Assembly: GCA_965235115.1 (NCBI GenBank)
Contig: OZ249436.1
Location: 40,984,001 to 41,048,000 of the forward strand
Direction: 5' to 3'
Source of the DNA: Laetmonice hystrix
Lineage: Eukaryota
Length of the DNA stretch: 64,000 nt
The first letter of the stretch is position 1; each line of letters starts with the position of its first letter. Positions 63,839 through 64,000 of the stretch are shown here, one piece after another. The position numbers were made by a program, and so were the translations under genes. The notes beneath the pieces are model-generated. The model saw only the letters and a list, made by a program, of their open reading frames with translations. It made no database searches and was not told the origin of the DNA.

Positions 63839-64000
63839 ATACGCTACACGTCATCCACCAGGGAATCCCAAGGTTTCCCGACCTACTGACCGCTGCCATG
63901 GTCTGTTCCACTTGGCTGAGGACGAGTTAAATTGATAAGAGGTTAATAAAATTCGGTTATATGTGACAGTCATACGTCACGCTATGTCATGAAACTTGGC

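Overview
Eukaryotic (animal) genomic DNA, probably a spiralian such as a mollusc; the taxon is an inference. The intron-blind ORF track is only partly useful, so exons were read by hand from GT-AG sites and codon phase. Three intron-containing genes lie on the + strand. (1) The 3' part of a cadherin-23/Cad88C-type cadherin (<1..25517, 22 exons traced in frame) with about 11 cadherin repeats, a membrane-adjacent domain, a TM helix and a tail with harmonin-binding-like motifs. (2) A complete ~1075-aa type I membrane protein (42059..54026, 18 coding exons) with a signal peptide, 8 exon-encoded Eph-receptor-like (GCC2/GCC3-type) Cys-rich repeats, 3 plexin-like IPT/TIG domains with a furin site, a TM helix and a short non-catalytic tail. 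(3) The start of a secreted or membrane EGF-domain protein (61248..>62908). The most unusual signals are tandem amplification of the cadherin's own splice sites into arrays of near-identical donors and acceptors, phase-compatible candidate microexons and an alternative last exon in the cadherin, and the chimeric architecture of gene 2. Introns and intergenic DNA hold many minisatellites, several MITEs, a 2.3-kb TIR element and a SINE-like copy.
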